From a virus, in IMG/VR virus record IMGVR_UViG_3300020469_000036, positions 7,731 to 71,730 of that record: 64,000 bases of DNA, one strand, 5' to 3'. Position numbers and translations under genes: made by a program. Positions 1 to 8,852 of the stretch are shown piece by piece (position 1 is the stretch's first letter; each line of letters opens with the position of its first letter). The notes below the pieces were generated by a model. The model ran no database searches, was not told where the DNA came from, and worked only from the letters and a program-made list of their open reading frames with translations.

Positions 1-1
1 T

Positions 2-1483
2 AACAATTCTTAACATTCTCCACTGTCTTTCAGGATCATCGTAATGCAAAGGAATGCACGTTGCAAGTAAAAGAATGCCGCCGTTTAGAATTAATTCAAC
101 GGGCAACTTATACTCACAAAGCTTTTCAATAAACACCTTCTTTACAGTTTCGTTTTGAGAGGTGTTGGAAACAATAGCACTGTATCCATAGTAAACATCA
201 TGGGCGAGCTTACACCAGTCATAAAGGCTATCTCCAATGCAACCAATTTCTCCGCCGTAATTACCTCTTGGATCAATGAATTTAAACTGATTTGTGTAAT
301 GATTGTAAAGTATATTACCAAAATGAAAATCACCATGATGAACCGCTACACCAGTAACGCTATCCTGAATGGTAGATGCTATATTCATTAGTGTGGTTAC
401 TTCTTTAGGTTTAAGCGCCACATCAGCAAGACGGTCTTCAGCCTTTTTAATCCAAATGTTTTTAGAAAGATTTTGAAAGCGATCAGTTGTATCTTTATCT
501 TCAGAAATAGGAGAGGAAAAGTAATTAAACTTAATCCTAAACAACTTGTCCATAATAAAAGACCAGTTGGCTTCTGAAAGATTTTCATATTGCATGAGAT
601 CTGAAAGCAGTGAACCAGATTCATATGACATGATTAAATCCGTTTTATGCGGAAGGATTCTAGGAACAAACATGCTTTGCTCTGGCGTGATTGAGTTGTA
701 CCACAACCGCTCAGCATTTAAAGTTTCTACACTATGATTGGATTTATAATCAGGAGTCTTGGTAACGGTACCTAGATCATCGTTAAACGCAATGTTATTA
801 AACGCACGACTTTTAAGTTTAAGAAGCTTAGCACAAGTTTCGTGATAAACACTTAGAGTACCAATGTCATACCACTCAGAAGTTTGATGATTTGCAAATA
901 CAAAATCGTTACTAAGTTTTTCGTATCCTTTAAGAGCGTTAGAGATATCATAGTCATCCGACTCGTCAAATGCTTGAGCGGCCAATTTACCATTCTTAAA
1001 GGAATACAAACCAACCAACGCCATTGCCTTTTCAATGTTTTTCTCAGGCTTATCAAAATAATCACTACCGTTCCACATGCACCAAGAAGAATGGTTATCA
1101 ACCTGTTTGCATAGCAGAAAGTCTGAACCAAGAGGCATGTTTTCGGTTAAGATGATTGCATCACCCAGCCATACAACTGTGGGTCGGGAAACTTCAATTT
1201 CACCAAAGCCAAGAGCAATGGCAGGGCGGGGACCGTTAAGAGTCTTTTGCTTTACGAACTTAATGTCTGGATATTTCTTAGAGCAATACTCGCGAACATC
1301 ATCAAACTTACCGTCAACAATAACAACCTCTTGGATATCTGCGTGCTTTCTTGCATGCTCTATAATGTAATCAAGGCAGGGTTTACCGTTAACCCTTACC
1401 ATGATTTTAGACATGTTGTTTGAAAGTGGCTTTAAGCGAGTTGCCTCCCCCGCCGCAGGGATAATAAGATTAATCTTCTTCAT
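2..1483 (-). CDS. Sugar-phosphate nucleotidyltransferase fused to an APH/choline-kinase-like domain (BcbE/EcbE-like); 3' end runs off the window
   Basis: Not in the ORF track because there is no stop in the window. Manual translation from ATG 1483 gives MKKINLIIPAAGEATRLKP (NTP-transferase signature), WLGD, WYDIG, then C-terminal HGDFHFGNIL...IDPRG...YDWCKL (kinase-like motifs). Confidence 0.8.
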   Translation of the reverse strand, partial: MKKINLIIPAAGEATRLKPLSNNMSKIMVRVNGKPCLDYIIEHARKHADIQEVVIVDGKFDDVREYCSKKYPDIKFVKQKTLNGPRPAIALGFGEIEVSRPTVVWLGDAIILTENMPLGSDFLLCKQVDNHSSWCMWNGSDYFDKPEKNIEKAMALVGLYSFKNGKLAAQAFDESDDYDISNALKGYEKLSNDFVFANHQTSEWYDIGTLSVYHETCAKLLKLKSRAFNNIAFNDDLGTVTKTPDYKSNHSVETLNAERLWYNSITPEQSMFVPRILPHKTDLIMSYESGSLLSDLMQYENLSEANWSFIMDKLFRIKFNYFSSPISEDKDTTDRFQNLSKNIWIKKAEDRLADVALKPKEVTTLMNIASTIQDSVTGVAVHHGDFHFGNILYNHYTNQFKFIDPRGNYGGEIGCIGDSLYDWCKLAHDVYYGYSAIVSNTSQNETVKKVFIEKLCEYKLPVELILNGGILLLATCIPLHYDDPERQWRMLRIV

Positions 1484-1838
1484 TGTAATTCCAATCTTTA
1501 AATTGGTCAAGCGTCATTGACTTATCATCAACATAATATGTACTAGCATAAGGTTTACCAAAATGAATTTCATTATAAGGAACGTCATGACGAGATAACC
1601 AAGAAGTAGTTATAATGCCAATATCTGCGATGATCTTTTCAACATCTCCGTTATGCGTTAGCATTCTTCTAGCAGAAGAAAGAGTAATGTACCAACCATC
1701 ATCAGCCATCTGCTGCATCTTTTCAATAAGAGGAAGGTTGGGTTTGGCTAACCCATACTTTTCATAGCTATCTTTTTTAGAATGATCAGGAAAACAGATT
1801 GTGTCGTCAATATCAAAAACGATTGATTTTTCTTTCAT
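1470..1838 (-). CDS. HAD-superfamily phosphatase, EcbF/BcbF capsule-biosynthesis type
   Basis: FDIDDTIC motif I, SSARRM, GKP, YYVDDK; probable start MKEKSIVFD at 1838. Confidence 0.8.
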   Translation of the reverse strand: MKEKSIVFDIDDTICFPDHSKKDSYEKYGLAKPNLPLIEKMQQMADDGWYITLSSARRMLTHNGDVEKIIADIGIITTSWLSRHDVPYNEIHFGKPYASTYYVDDKSMTLDQFKDWNYNEED

Positions 1839-1842
1839 TATA

Positions 1843-3123
1843 TTACTTGATTGCAATTTCTTTAAGGCCTTTAAGCAGAGTTGTATTCATGTATGTACCG
1901 TCATAGTACTCATCTTTAAGAGCTTTATCAATAGCGTCCTTTAATTGATTGTATGCATCTGGGTTTTCTTCAAGAAACTCAATCTTATCAAAAAGATCTT
2001 TTGAATCTGTTACACGAAGAAAGGCAGGAACATTTAAGTGCTTTTGCTCATCGTAAGTTGGATGCAAGAATGGGATTATTCCATAATGGGCCATCTCCCA
2101 AAACTTAGCTGTAACCCATCCCTTTTTTATCGGAATACAAAAGGTATACTTAACTCGAGGAAGCATACTTTGCAATTCATTAAACTTCTTAGGTCCTTTA
2201 AATCTGTTATCGTCTCCAATGGTATCGGGATTCCATTTGCCATAGATATCAACATCCTTTACGTGGTCAAGTATATACTTTTTTAAATCAGGATAACGGG
2301 ACTTTGGTAATCCTTCATTACACACAACCATAAAGTTAATATCCTTTACGTTATCTTCTACCTCTTCAGGCGCATCAGAGAAAAACGAATCAAGAGAACC
2401 TTCCTGTTGCACTATAGCTTCCCCGCGCCTTTTACCAATAAGGAATATTGTTTCCATTGCTTTATACTCTTGGGGAATCTTTGTTGTGATGTCCTTTACC
2501 GAGTCGTATTCTTCTGGAGCGGTGTGTTCACAAATCTGATTGTATTGCGAATAAATCTTTTTAGGCGGATTCATCAAGTCACGCATCTTCCCAGGGTAAA
2601 GACGAGGATCATTTAAAACCATAATCCACGGAAGGTCTTTATAGGTATTTAAATAGTGAATGACTGGACCTGCATACAACTTCTGAGCATCAAGAGGAGT
2701 CGCAAGCTGAGATCGATTCTTTCTCTGCCTAGCCCATCCTGTAACATTAGAAGTTGCGACCAACCCCTGCAACATGATAGCAGCATCAACTTTTAAGTCA
2801 GGGTTGGTAAGAATAAATTCCTCCATAAATGCTTGGTTACCGTCAGGGCGAACCACGCCATCCCTTGCCATAAAAACGTCCGTCTTCCATTTCCCGAGTC
2901 CAGTCCATACGTCAATAAAGTTACGATGTTCGTTTATGCGTTCTTTATCTGCAAGAGGCAATCGAGAATAATCACTTTGACCCAGCATAATAAAAGTGTG
3001 CTGAGGATTATTACGAATAAGGTTTTCATACAAGATTGGAGCTTCATTATCTCCACCTACTGCTCCCCAGCTTTCGCTGTTAAACAATACTGACCTTCCA
3101 ATTTTTCCGATACCAATTTTCAT
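1843..3123 (-). CDS. DNA glycosyltransferase, T4 beta-glucosyltransferase-like (GT-B)
   Basis: NDPRL, KIYSQ and WVTAKFWEMAHYGIIPFLHPTYDEQKHL...RVTDSKDLFDKIEFL align by eye with T4 BGT (TDIRL, KVISQ, FITLRVWETMASDAVMLIDEEFDTKHRI...YVNNRAELIDRVNEL); located near gp42. Confidence 0.75.
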   Translation of the reverse strand: MKIGIGKIGRSVLFNSESWGAVGGDNEAPILYENLIRNNPQHTFIMLGQSDYSRLPLADKERINEHRNFIDVWTGLGKWKTDVFMARDGVVRPDGNQAFMEEFILTNPDLKVDAAIMLQGLVATSNVTGWARQRKNRSQLATPLDAQKLYAGPVIHYLNTYKDLPWIMVLNDPRLYPGKMRDLMNPPKKIYSQYNQICEHTAPEEYDSVKDITTKIPQEYKAMETIFLIGKRRGEAIVQQEGSLDSFFSDAPEEVEDNVKDINFMVVCNEGLPKSRYPDLKKYILDHVKDVDIYGKWNPDTIGDDNRFKGPKKFNELQSMLPRVKYTFCIPIKKGWVTAKFWEMAHYGIIPFLHPTYDEQKHLNVPAFLRVTDSKDLFDKIEFLEENPDAYNQLKDAIDKALKDEYYDGTYMNTTLLKGLKEIAIK

Positions 3124-3563
3124 TGATCTATATATGTGGTTTTAACACCAGCTTCAAGGAAGAACCTTTCGGCCAATGAACACGACTCATTCCAACGGTT
3201 ATCCTTTGTTTCATTGCTCATCACCACCCCTTTAATTCCAACTTGAATAATGGCCTTGGCGCATTCGTGGCAAATAGGTAATCCGTAAACATAGATAGTT
3301 GATCCATAAAGTGAAACACCGGTACGAGATGCGTTGTAAATAGCATTCATCTCTGCGTGTGAAATCCTTTTGTATTTCATTTCACGGTCAGCATAAAGCT
3401 CATCCAAGTCGCTGAGTCCGCGTGGGAATCCGTTGTATCCTTGTGCAAGAACCTGACCGCTTTCTCCAACAATAACAGCACCGCATTGTGTTGAAGGATC
3501 TTTCGACCAAGAAGCAATTTCTTTAGCTAAAGATATGTACCTAGCATTCCAATCTGTAAACAT
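3120..3563 (-). CDS. cd: dCMP deaminase
   Basis: SKDPST, GYNGFPRG, HAEMNAI and PICHECAK zinc-binding motifs. Confidence 0.92.
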   Translation of the reverse strand: MFTDWNARYISLAKEIASWSKDPSTQCGAVIVGESGQVLAQGYNGFPRGLSDLDELYADREMKYKRISHAEMNAIYNASRTGVSLYGSTIYVYGLPICHECAKAIIQVGIKGVVMSNETKDNRWNESCSLAERFFLEAGVKTTYIDQ

Positions 3564-3567
3564 AAAC

Positions 3568-3924
3568 TTAGTCCTCTGTATCTGAAGGCTTGACGCGATT
3601 TAAAAAGTCACGGTCTGGGCACTGGCCATCAACACTACCTCGGATAAAAGATACCGCAAAGCTTGCATAATTAATCATGTCTTTAAATGAATCTTCAACC
3701 GACTCAAAGTTTGGCTCGTAAGTAGGATCGAGTTCCATTGCTTCAACAACGCTTTGAGCACGCAGCACTTTGGCGTAAATGATTTCAAGGATTGTCTTTA
3801 CTCCGCTTGGGTAGTAATCGGATTGACGAATTCTTGACTTGGGATTTTGATAGTCGTTTGACTTTTTGAGTTGGAGCTCAGCGCATTCTTTTAAAACGCG
3901 AAGGCTTTCTTTATCGTTATTCAT
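3568..3924 (-). CDS. Nucleotide-modification-associated domain 1 (DUF1599-like) protein
   Basis: KKSNDY...K..R...ESVEDSFKDMINYASF pattern; lies in the modified-base cluster. Confidence 0.65.
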   Translation of the reverse strand: MNNDKESLRVLKECAELQLKKSNDYQNPKSRIRQSDYYPSGVKTILEIIYAKVLRAQSVVEAMELDPTYEPNFESVEDSFKDMINYASFAVSFIRGSVDGQCPDRDFLNRVKPSDTED

Positions 3925-3929
3925 ATTCT

Positions 3930-3958
3930 ATTATACACTATATCAGGGTGAATGTAAA
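3930..3958 (-). promoter_or_regulatory. sigma70-type early promoter, leaderless
   Basis: TTTACA-N17-TATAAT-N5-ATG(3924). Confidence 0.8.
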
Positions 3959-3961
3959 TAC

Positions 3962-4627
3962 TTATTTTACGAACTTGAAGTGGCGTTCGTATACGTGAAG
4001 TGAACCAACTTGCCAAGTAATATCGCCTACGCTGTAATCAGCAGTGGCAAGACGGTTAATATCGGCAACAAGATTTTGCAGAACGTGTAGCTGCCAAGCA
4101 TAGTCATTACGATAACCAAAGATAACATCATTGCTTCGCATTTGAACAACTGCGTTTACTTGGTTTCCTCGAATAAGATATTGAACTGCGTTGGTGCAGA
4201 TAAAATCAGACATGCCGTCAACCGAAAAGTCTTCGTGCATTGTCGGCCGTTGGTAAATCATTACCGCTCGGCGTGTTTGTCGATCAACAAGCAGTTGTGT
4301 TAAAACGCTTTGGTATTGATTGAAGTTTTCATCGCTGCTGATTAGATATCCGTAGTTGGAGTTGATCATACCACTATCAGATGAAATGCTTTTCCAGATG
4401 GCTGGAGTTTCACCAGGGATATCTTTAACGTTTAAGCTTTGGCTTTCATACCAAGCAATTTCACGAGAGATGTATTCTTCATTAGGTGTGCCGAAGATTG
4501 CAGGAGCATCAGCAAGAAAGCTCGCACCAACAAGGTCAAGTGTTTTGACGCCGGTTTTATCTTCTACGTATTCTTCATTCTCAAGTGCAGAAATGAAGTA
4601 AGAACGTATGTCTTTTATTGTTTGCAT
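3962..4627 (-). CDS. gp42: dCMP hydroxymethyltransferase
   Basis: Near-colinear with T4 gp42: DKTGVKT, VKDIPGETP.IW, INSNYG, DGMSDFICTN, MRSNDV.FG.RNDYAWQ (dCMP-specifying Asp), GSLHVY.RHF. Confidence 0.93.
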   Translation of the reverse strand: MQTIKDIRSYFISALENEEYVEDKTGVKTLDLVGASFLADAPAIFGTPNEEYISREIAWYESQSLNVKDIPGETPAIWKSISSDSGMINSNYGYLISSDENFNQYQSVLTQLLVDRQTRRAVMIYQRPTMHEDFSVDGMSDFICTNAVQYLIRGNQVNAVVQMRSNDVIFGYRNDYAWQLHVLQNLVADINRLATADYSVGDITWQVGSLHVYERHFKFVK

Positions 4628-4633
4628 AAATCT

Positions 4634-4662
4634 ATTATATCAAAAATGCGATAAAATGTAAA
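4634..4662 (-). promoter_or_regulatory. sigma70-type promoter, leaderless, for gp42
   Basis: TTTACA-N17-TATAAT-N6-ATG(4627). Confidence 0.8.
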
Positions 4663-4667
4663 TACAA

Positions 4668-4817
4668 TTATTCGCAACAAAGCTCGTGTAAAAGCCAACT
4701 TAAGGATCGCCTTACGTCCTCAATAGCGTATCCTTCTTCAATCAAGTTCATGATTTGTCTGTCTATCTGACTTAAACAAATTTCCCAGTGCTCTAATTCT
4801 CTATCGCCTTCGTTCAT
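4668..4817 (-). CDS. Small hypothetical protein (49 aa)
   Basis: Manual translation MNEGDRELEHWEICLSQIDRQIMNLIEEGYAIEDVRRSLSWLLHELCCE; fills the gap in the gene run. Confidence 0.55.
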   Translation of the reverse strand: MNEGDRELEHWEICLSQIDRQIMNLIEEGYAIEDVRRSLSWLLHELCCE

Positions 4818-4818
4818 A

Positions 4819-4971
4819 TTATTTTGTTATGGCCATCCAAAGGCCTACATTGCTAAGTGCATACGCGGCATAGGTAATGCCCATTGGTACGTTGTGTCTC
4901 CAAAACTGATCCACACTAACAATGGTGTAGATTGTTCCAGTTATTACAATAAGCCAACCGCTGTTAATCAT
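4819..4971 (-). CDS. Small two-helix membrane protein (50 aa)
   Basis: MINSGWLIVITGTIYTIVSVDQFWRHNVPMGITYAAYALSNVGLWMAITK; ATGA overlap with the upstream gene. Confidence 0.65.
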   Translation of the reverse strand: MINSGWLIVITGTIYTIVSVDQFWRHNVPMGITYAAYALSNVGLWMAITK

Positions 4972-5132
4972 CTGATAGGATCAAGTCTTTCGAGTTGGAC
5001 ATCGTGTTCTCCTCCAATGCGGTCAATGCAAAAGTAATAACCGGTGTCAGGATCAATCTCCTCAACAATGGCCCATGCGATTCCGTCAATAAGAACTTCT
5101 GAACCGCGTTCGATTTCTTCTTTATTTTTCAT
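4968..5132 (-). CDS. Small hypothetical protein
   Basis: Probable start MKNKEEIERGSEVLIDG; the upstream part of the track ORF overlaps another gene. Confidence 0.55.
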   Translation of the reverse strand: MKNKEEIERGSEVLIDGIAWAIVEEIDPDTGYYFCIDRIGGEHDVQLERLDPIR

Positions 5133-5142
5133 AATGCAAATT

Positions 5143-5379
5143 CTATTTAAGAGATCTGAGAATCCAGTCAACCGATGTATCCAACTCATCAGCTTCGCGA
5201 AGTGTTTTAACCTCTTCCCATGCGTGGGTTGTGTGATTGAGTACTCGTTCCTTAACCATGCCGCCTTGGATAAAGAGATCATCGCTCCAGCCGAACTCCT
5301 TGCAGAGATATTCCAAAGCGATTTGTTTTTCATCTTCAGGTGAGATGGTGATGCTGACTTGTCCTGTTACTGTTTTCAT
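5143..5379 (-). CDS. Hypothetical early protein
   Basis: 78-aa ORF with a C/A-rich leader. Confidence 0.6.
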   Translation of the reverse strand: MKTVTGQVSITISPEDEKQIALEYLCKEFGWSDDLFIQGGMVKERVLNHTTHAWEEVKTLREADELDTSVDWILRSLK

Positions 5380-5407
5380 AGGGTAGTGAATTTGTGGTTG
5401 GGGGTTT

Positions 5408-5740
5408 TTACATTGACCAGTAGGTCTCGGAAGCGGGGCTGGAGCAAGACGGGGTGTTTGCCGCCTCGAGGTATTTTTTGCCGGTCATGATGTTGGTACG
5501 CTCGATCATTTTGACCTCACCGTTTTCATAGTGAGGACAAATACCGTTGACGTATTCTTCGACGGAGCAAACAGCTGCGATGTCGTGTTCGTAGCCGGAA
5601 AGCTCGTTGAAGCGATTGGCGCAACGTGTTGCTGGACCTTTGGACTGGTAAAAGGCTTGGTCCAAACTTCCTGGGCTCTTGCGGACTGCGTGTCCGGTTG
5701 AAATGAGGTAAACGACGTGTGTTGTTTTTTGTGGTATCAT
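5408..5740 (-). CDS. Phage early protein with C-terminal SPASETYWSM
   Basis: Start MIPQKTTH; C-terminal N.MTG..Y.E..NTP...SPASETYWSM resembles a recurring phage hypothetical family. Confidence 0.65.
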   Translation of the reverse strand: MIPQKTTHVVYLISTGHAVRKSPGSLDQAFYQSKGPATRCANRFNELSGYEHDIAAVCSVEEYVNGICPHYENGEVKMIERTNIMTGKKYLEAANTPSCSSPASETYWSM

Positions 5741-5780
5741 AATATAAAGAAAAGTCAAAGTGAAGAATTGGGGGGTTGGA

Positions 5781-6044
5781 TTAAAGCTTGTTCTGTGCGA
5801 AGAGCTCGTCTGCTGTTGGCAGAGTGTCAGCATATTGCTGAAGATCGTAAATGATATCGTCAAGGATTTCACGATAGTGCTGATGGGTATCCCATTCACA
5901 GTTATTAGCGACCGTGGTAACAATCATGTCCTTGATTGTCTGATGAAGGTTTGGGTCCTCCATGGCCTTGGCTTTGGCCTGTTGAATATGGGATTTCGCG
6001 ACTCCGGTGAGGATTATTCGTGGTGTTGTGGTAGTATTGCTCAT
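5781..6044 (-). CDS. Hypothetical early protein
   Basis: First gene after the strong early promoter; ATG is 6 nt after the -10 box. Confidence 0.65.
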   Translation of the reverse strand: MSNTTTTPRIILTGVAKSHIQQAKAKAMEDPNLHQTIKDMIVTTVANNCEWDTHQHYREILDDIIYDLQQYADTLPTADELFAQNKL

Positions 6045-6047
6045 GAG

Positions 6048-6110
6048 TATATTCTACCACATTTCCGCAAAAATGTAAATACTAAAATGCTAAAAAAATG
6101 CACTTTTTTC
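6048..6110 (-). promoter_or_regulatory. Strong early promoter, copy 1 of a 63-bp repeated element
   Basis: TTTACA-N17-TAGAAT with A/T-tract upstream region; near-identical to 21105-21167. Confidence 0.85.
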
Positions 6111-6149
6111 CTATTTTGCTGAAAATGATACAAATATTGCACCTTTTGG

Positions 6150-7403
6150 CTATTTTACGGTATGGCCGTAAGGAAGATTTTCTGGCAGGGGAAATAGGGA
6201 ATCCATGGCCGAAAACAGATCAGAGAATTTGTCCTCAAAAACATCACCAATGAGCAAATCGGTTAGGGTGCCTTTCAGCTCGCCATTTGCCTTTATCAAA
6301 TCAGCGAAGTTAAAGGTAGGATGGTAAAAGGCATAAACGATTTTTCTCATTCGTTCAATGGCATCGCATAACGACTTTCCATATTCAGTAAAGCATTCAG
6401 CTTCTGACTTTGGCGTGGTAAGATAGGCGTGAATTGAATCGGCGGCGAGTTCAGCTGATTTAAGAGCAAGAAAAACTCCTGATGAAAAGACAGGATCGAG
6501 AAAGGCAAAGGCATCTCCCACAAGAACTATGCCAGGTGTTGAGCAATGGGTAGCACGATAACTGTAATCCCCGGTGGCCCATGTTTGACCAACCTGTTCT
6601 GCTGTGGCAAGTGAGTCCTTTACCCATAAGTTGTTTTCAATCTCTCGTTCAAGGATCTTCTTGGGATCTTGTGTATCAGAAAAAAGATAATCCCGCTCAG
6701 CAACAATGCCCACCGAAACACGGTCGCCTTGTTGAGGAATATGCCAGAACCAACCTTTATTGGGTAGTGCAGCAATGGTCGTTGAACCTTCGTCAATACC
6801 ACAGTTTCTTTTACCGCCTTTGTAATAAGTCCAAATGGCTACCTTGTTTAGGTTTGGATCGCGCTGTCTCCATTTTGACTTACCCGAATAAAAACAGTCA
6901 CGACCCGATGCATCAACTATTTGTTTACAATGGAAAGAGCGTAAAGTGCCTTTGTGTTTGGCAACAAGTCCTGTGATCCTCGCTCGATCTTCATCGTAAG
7001 TGGTAGAAAGAACTTTGGTTTCGTCCGCAAACGTGGCTCCGTTACTCACTGCCTTTTCAATCAGCATTTGATCAAAGTCGGCTCTCTCAACTTGCCATGT
7101 AATTGAAGAAGGATGGTCTTTATGTTCAAAGAAGTAAAACGGACTGCTTACCTTTCCTTCTTCAGACGCAAACTGAACACTGTGCTTTTTCTGAAAACCA
7201 ATTTCATCCATTCGGGAAACCAGTCCAAGTCGGTCAAGTGTGTACCAACAAAAAGGCATCAGGCTTTCGCCAACGTGATACCTTGGAAACTTTTCCTTTT
7301 CCAATACAAGAACACTATGTCCTTGTTCGGCAAGCAGCGCTGCAGTGGTACTTCCAGCAGGGCCGCCACCAATTACAATAACATCCCATGTATCTTTAAT
7401 CAT
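6150..7403 (-). CDS. Flavin-dependent halogenase-like oxidoreductase
   Basis: GGGPAG FAD motif, FPRYHVGESL, WFWHIP (WxWxIP), GDAFAFLDPVFSSGV. Confidence 0.8.
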   Translation of the reverse strand: MIKDTWDVIVIGGGPAGSTTAALLAEQGHSVLVLEKEKFPRYHVGESLMPFCWYTLDRLGLVSRMDEIGFQKKHSVQFASEEGKVSSPFYFFEHKDHPSSITWQVERADFDQMLIEKAVSNGATFADETKVLSTTYDEDRARITGLVAKHKGTLRSFHCKQIVDASGRDCFYSGKSKWRQRDPNLNKVAIWTYYKGGKRNCGIDEGSTTIAALPNKGWFWHIPQQGDRVSVGIVAERDYLFSDTQDPKKILEREIENNLWVKDSLATAEQVGQTWATGDYSYRATHCSTPGIVLVGDAFAFLDPVFSSGVFLALKSAELAADSIHAYLTTPKSEAECFTEYGKSLCDAIERMRKIVYAFYHPTFNFADLIKANGELKGTLTDLLIGDVFEDKFSDLFSAMDSLFPLPENLPYGHTVK

Positions 7404-7609
7404 TAAAGCAAAAACTTTCCAATAATGCCAACCGCGGTCATTGCTCCGTTGGTGAAGATGATTGGCTTGTCCTTCATTCTAATACCTGCGGCAAGCCAAA
7501 TAAGACCGCCAAGGATTTGAAGATACCAACCTGTAGAAACACCTGCACTGAATAAGCCAAAGCCACAAATAAGAATGGCTGTTGCCGCCCATTTCAAAAC
7601 ACTGGTCAT
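7403..7609 (-). CDS. Small membrane protein
   Basis: 68 aa with three hydrophobic segments; TAATG coupling to the halogenase. Confidence 0.6.
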   Translation of the reverse strand: MTSVLKWAATAILICGFGLFSAGVSTGWYLQILGGLIWLAAGIRMKDKPIIFTNGAMTAVGIIGKFLL

Positions 7610-7614
7610 TAGAT

Positions 7615-7899
7615 TTACTTGATAATACCAACAGCTTTCAGCTTACCTTTACCCCAGTCTTGTCCCAGCCTTTTAATATCTGCAGGGGTAAGGTCTTCAA
7701 CGATATATGTTTTACGTCCAAGTTTTACTTCTGTTTTTGCGGGTGTTTCTTCAACAGGTTCTTCTTCGATAATAATATCTTGCTCGCCGCCCAGCGGTGC
7801 TTCATCTTCATCACTCGTGAATTGAGGAGCAACTGGTTGTTGGTTTATAAGGGCATCTTGGCCGCTGTTCCATCCAAAGATTCTTTTAAGTAGTCTCAT
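7615..7899 (-). CDS. Hypothetical protein
   Basis: 94-aa ORF in the gene run, acidic middle. Confidence 0.55.
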   Translation of the reverse strand: MRLLKRIFGWNSGQDALINQQPVAPQFTSDEDEAPLGGEQDIIIEEEPVEETPAKTEVKLGRKTYIVEDLTPADIKRLGQDWGKGKLKAVGIIK

Positions 7900-7911
7900 A
7901 GCTTTTATTTA

Positions 7912-8850
7912 TCATGTGTTTTGTAATGCCCATTCAATTGCGCGGGAAGCTTCTTTTTTAAATGGTCGGTTCTTATACCATTCTCCAGTTTCATTATCAA
8001 TCTCTTTTGATAAAGATTCGATTTGTTGAGGAGTAATTGGGTAACCTTTTTTAATTGCGCTTACAGCAATAGAGCTCATGATAGCATACATCTTAGCATA
8101 CCAACCTGTTTCTGAAATGCACCTGTATTCACTTACAAGCGTTTGATTAACAAAAGGACAGTCGTGATAAGAAGACCATTGATAACTTGTATTGTTAAGT
8201 TGATCTCTTTTATACGCCATTAGCTTTTCTTGCATTTCAGCACTTAGCTTGGACTTAAATGAAGAAGAATTGGGCTCTGCAAAAGGATGCTTTTTCAAGA
8301 GATCCTCGCAGTTAAGGAATGGCGCATCACGATGAAACTCAATGAACTGATAAGAATTAGGATACTGCGCGGGTACGTAATACATGCGTGAAAGATCCTT
8401 TGTTTGCGGATCACCTAGTTCGTTGTATTCTTTATTAAGAGCAAACCAAAAGTGCTTTATCTTATCAGCAGCAATGGGCTTGTCGCATGGAATAACAATA
8501 CGAAACTTTGGATTCTCTTTTGTGCTGCTTGCCGATGAATAACAAATATGACGAATACCTTTAAAACTTTCCAGTGCTTCTTCAAAGGTACATTCATAAT
8601 CATCAATGTCAAGAGCAGCCCATCCGCCCCAGCCCAATACATTTACATTACGCCGCTTTTCACCAGGCTTATATACAGCTGGGCTAATAAGAGGAGAGCT
8701 TTTTCCGCGCTCACCTTTCTTAGGCTTATACCCAGGCTGCTGACTCAACCCTTGCAGGAGAGACTCAAATTCTTCCCACGTCTTGAACGCCATTCTACGA
8801 TGTGTAGAATTGTCAAAGATTGAGTTGAATATTGTAAGAGAGTATTCCAT
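7912..8850 (-). CDS. AEP-superfamily primase/primase-polymerase-like protein
   Basis: AALDIDD (DxD), YSSASS...PKFRIVIP, DPQTKDLSRMYYVP, helical C-terminal domain. Confidence 0.65.
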   Translation of the reverse strand: MEYSLTIFNSIFDNSTHRRMAFKTWEEFESLLQGLSQQPGYKPKKGERGKSSPLISPAVYKPGEKRRNVNVLGWGGWAALDIDDYECTFEEALESFKGIRHICYSSASSTKENPKFRIVIPCDKPIAADKIKHFWFALNKEYNELGDPQTKDLSRMYYVPAQYPNSYQFIEFHRDAPFLNCEDLLKKHPFAEPNSSSFKSKLSAEMQEKLMAYKRDQLNNTSYQWSSYHDCPFVNQTLVSEYRCISETGWYAKMYAIMSSIAVSAIKKGYPITPQQIESLSKEIDNETGEWYKNRPFKKEASRAIEWALQNT

Positions 8851-8852
8851 TC

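Noticed and set aside
3962-4627. Annotation as ordinary thymidylate synthase
   Set aside because: It has the gp42-type RND motif (Asp in place of the thymidylate synthase Asn) and follows T4 gp42 along its length.
5741-5923. Long upstream extension of ORF 5408..5923
   Set aside because: It overlaps the 87-aa gene in another frame; the better start is ATG 5740.
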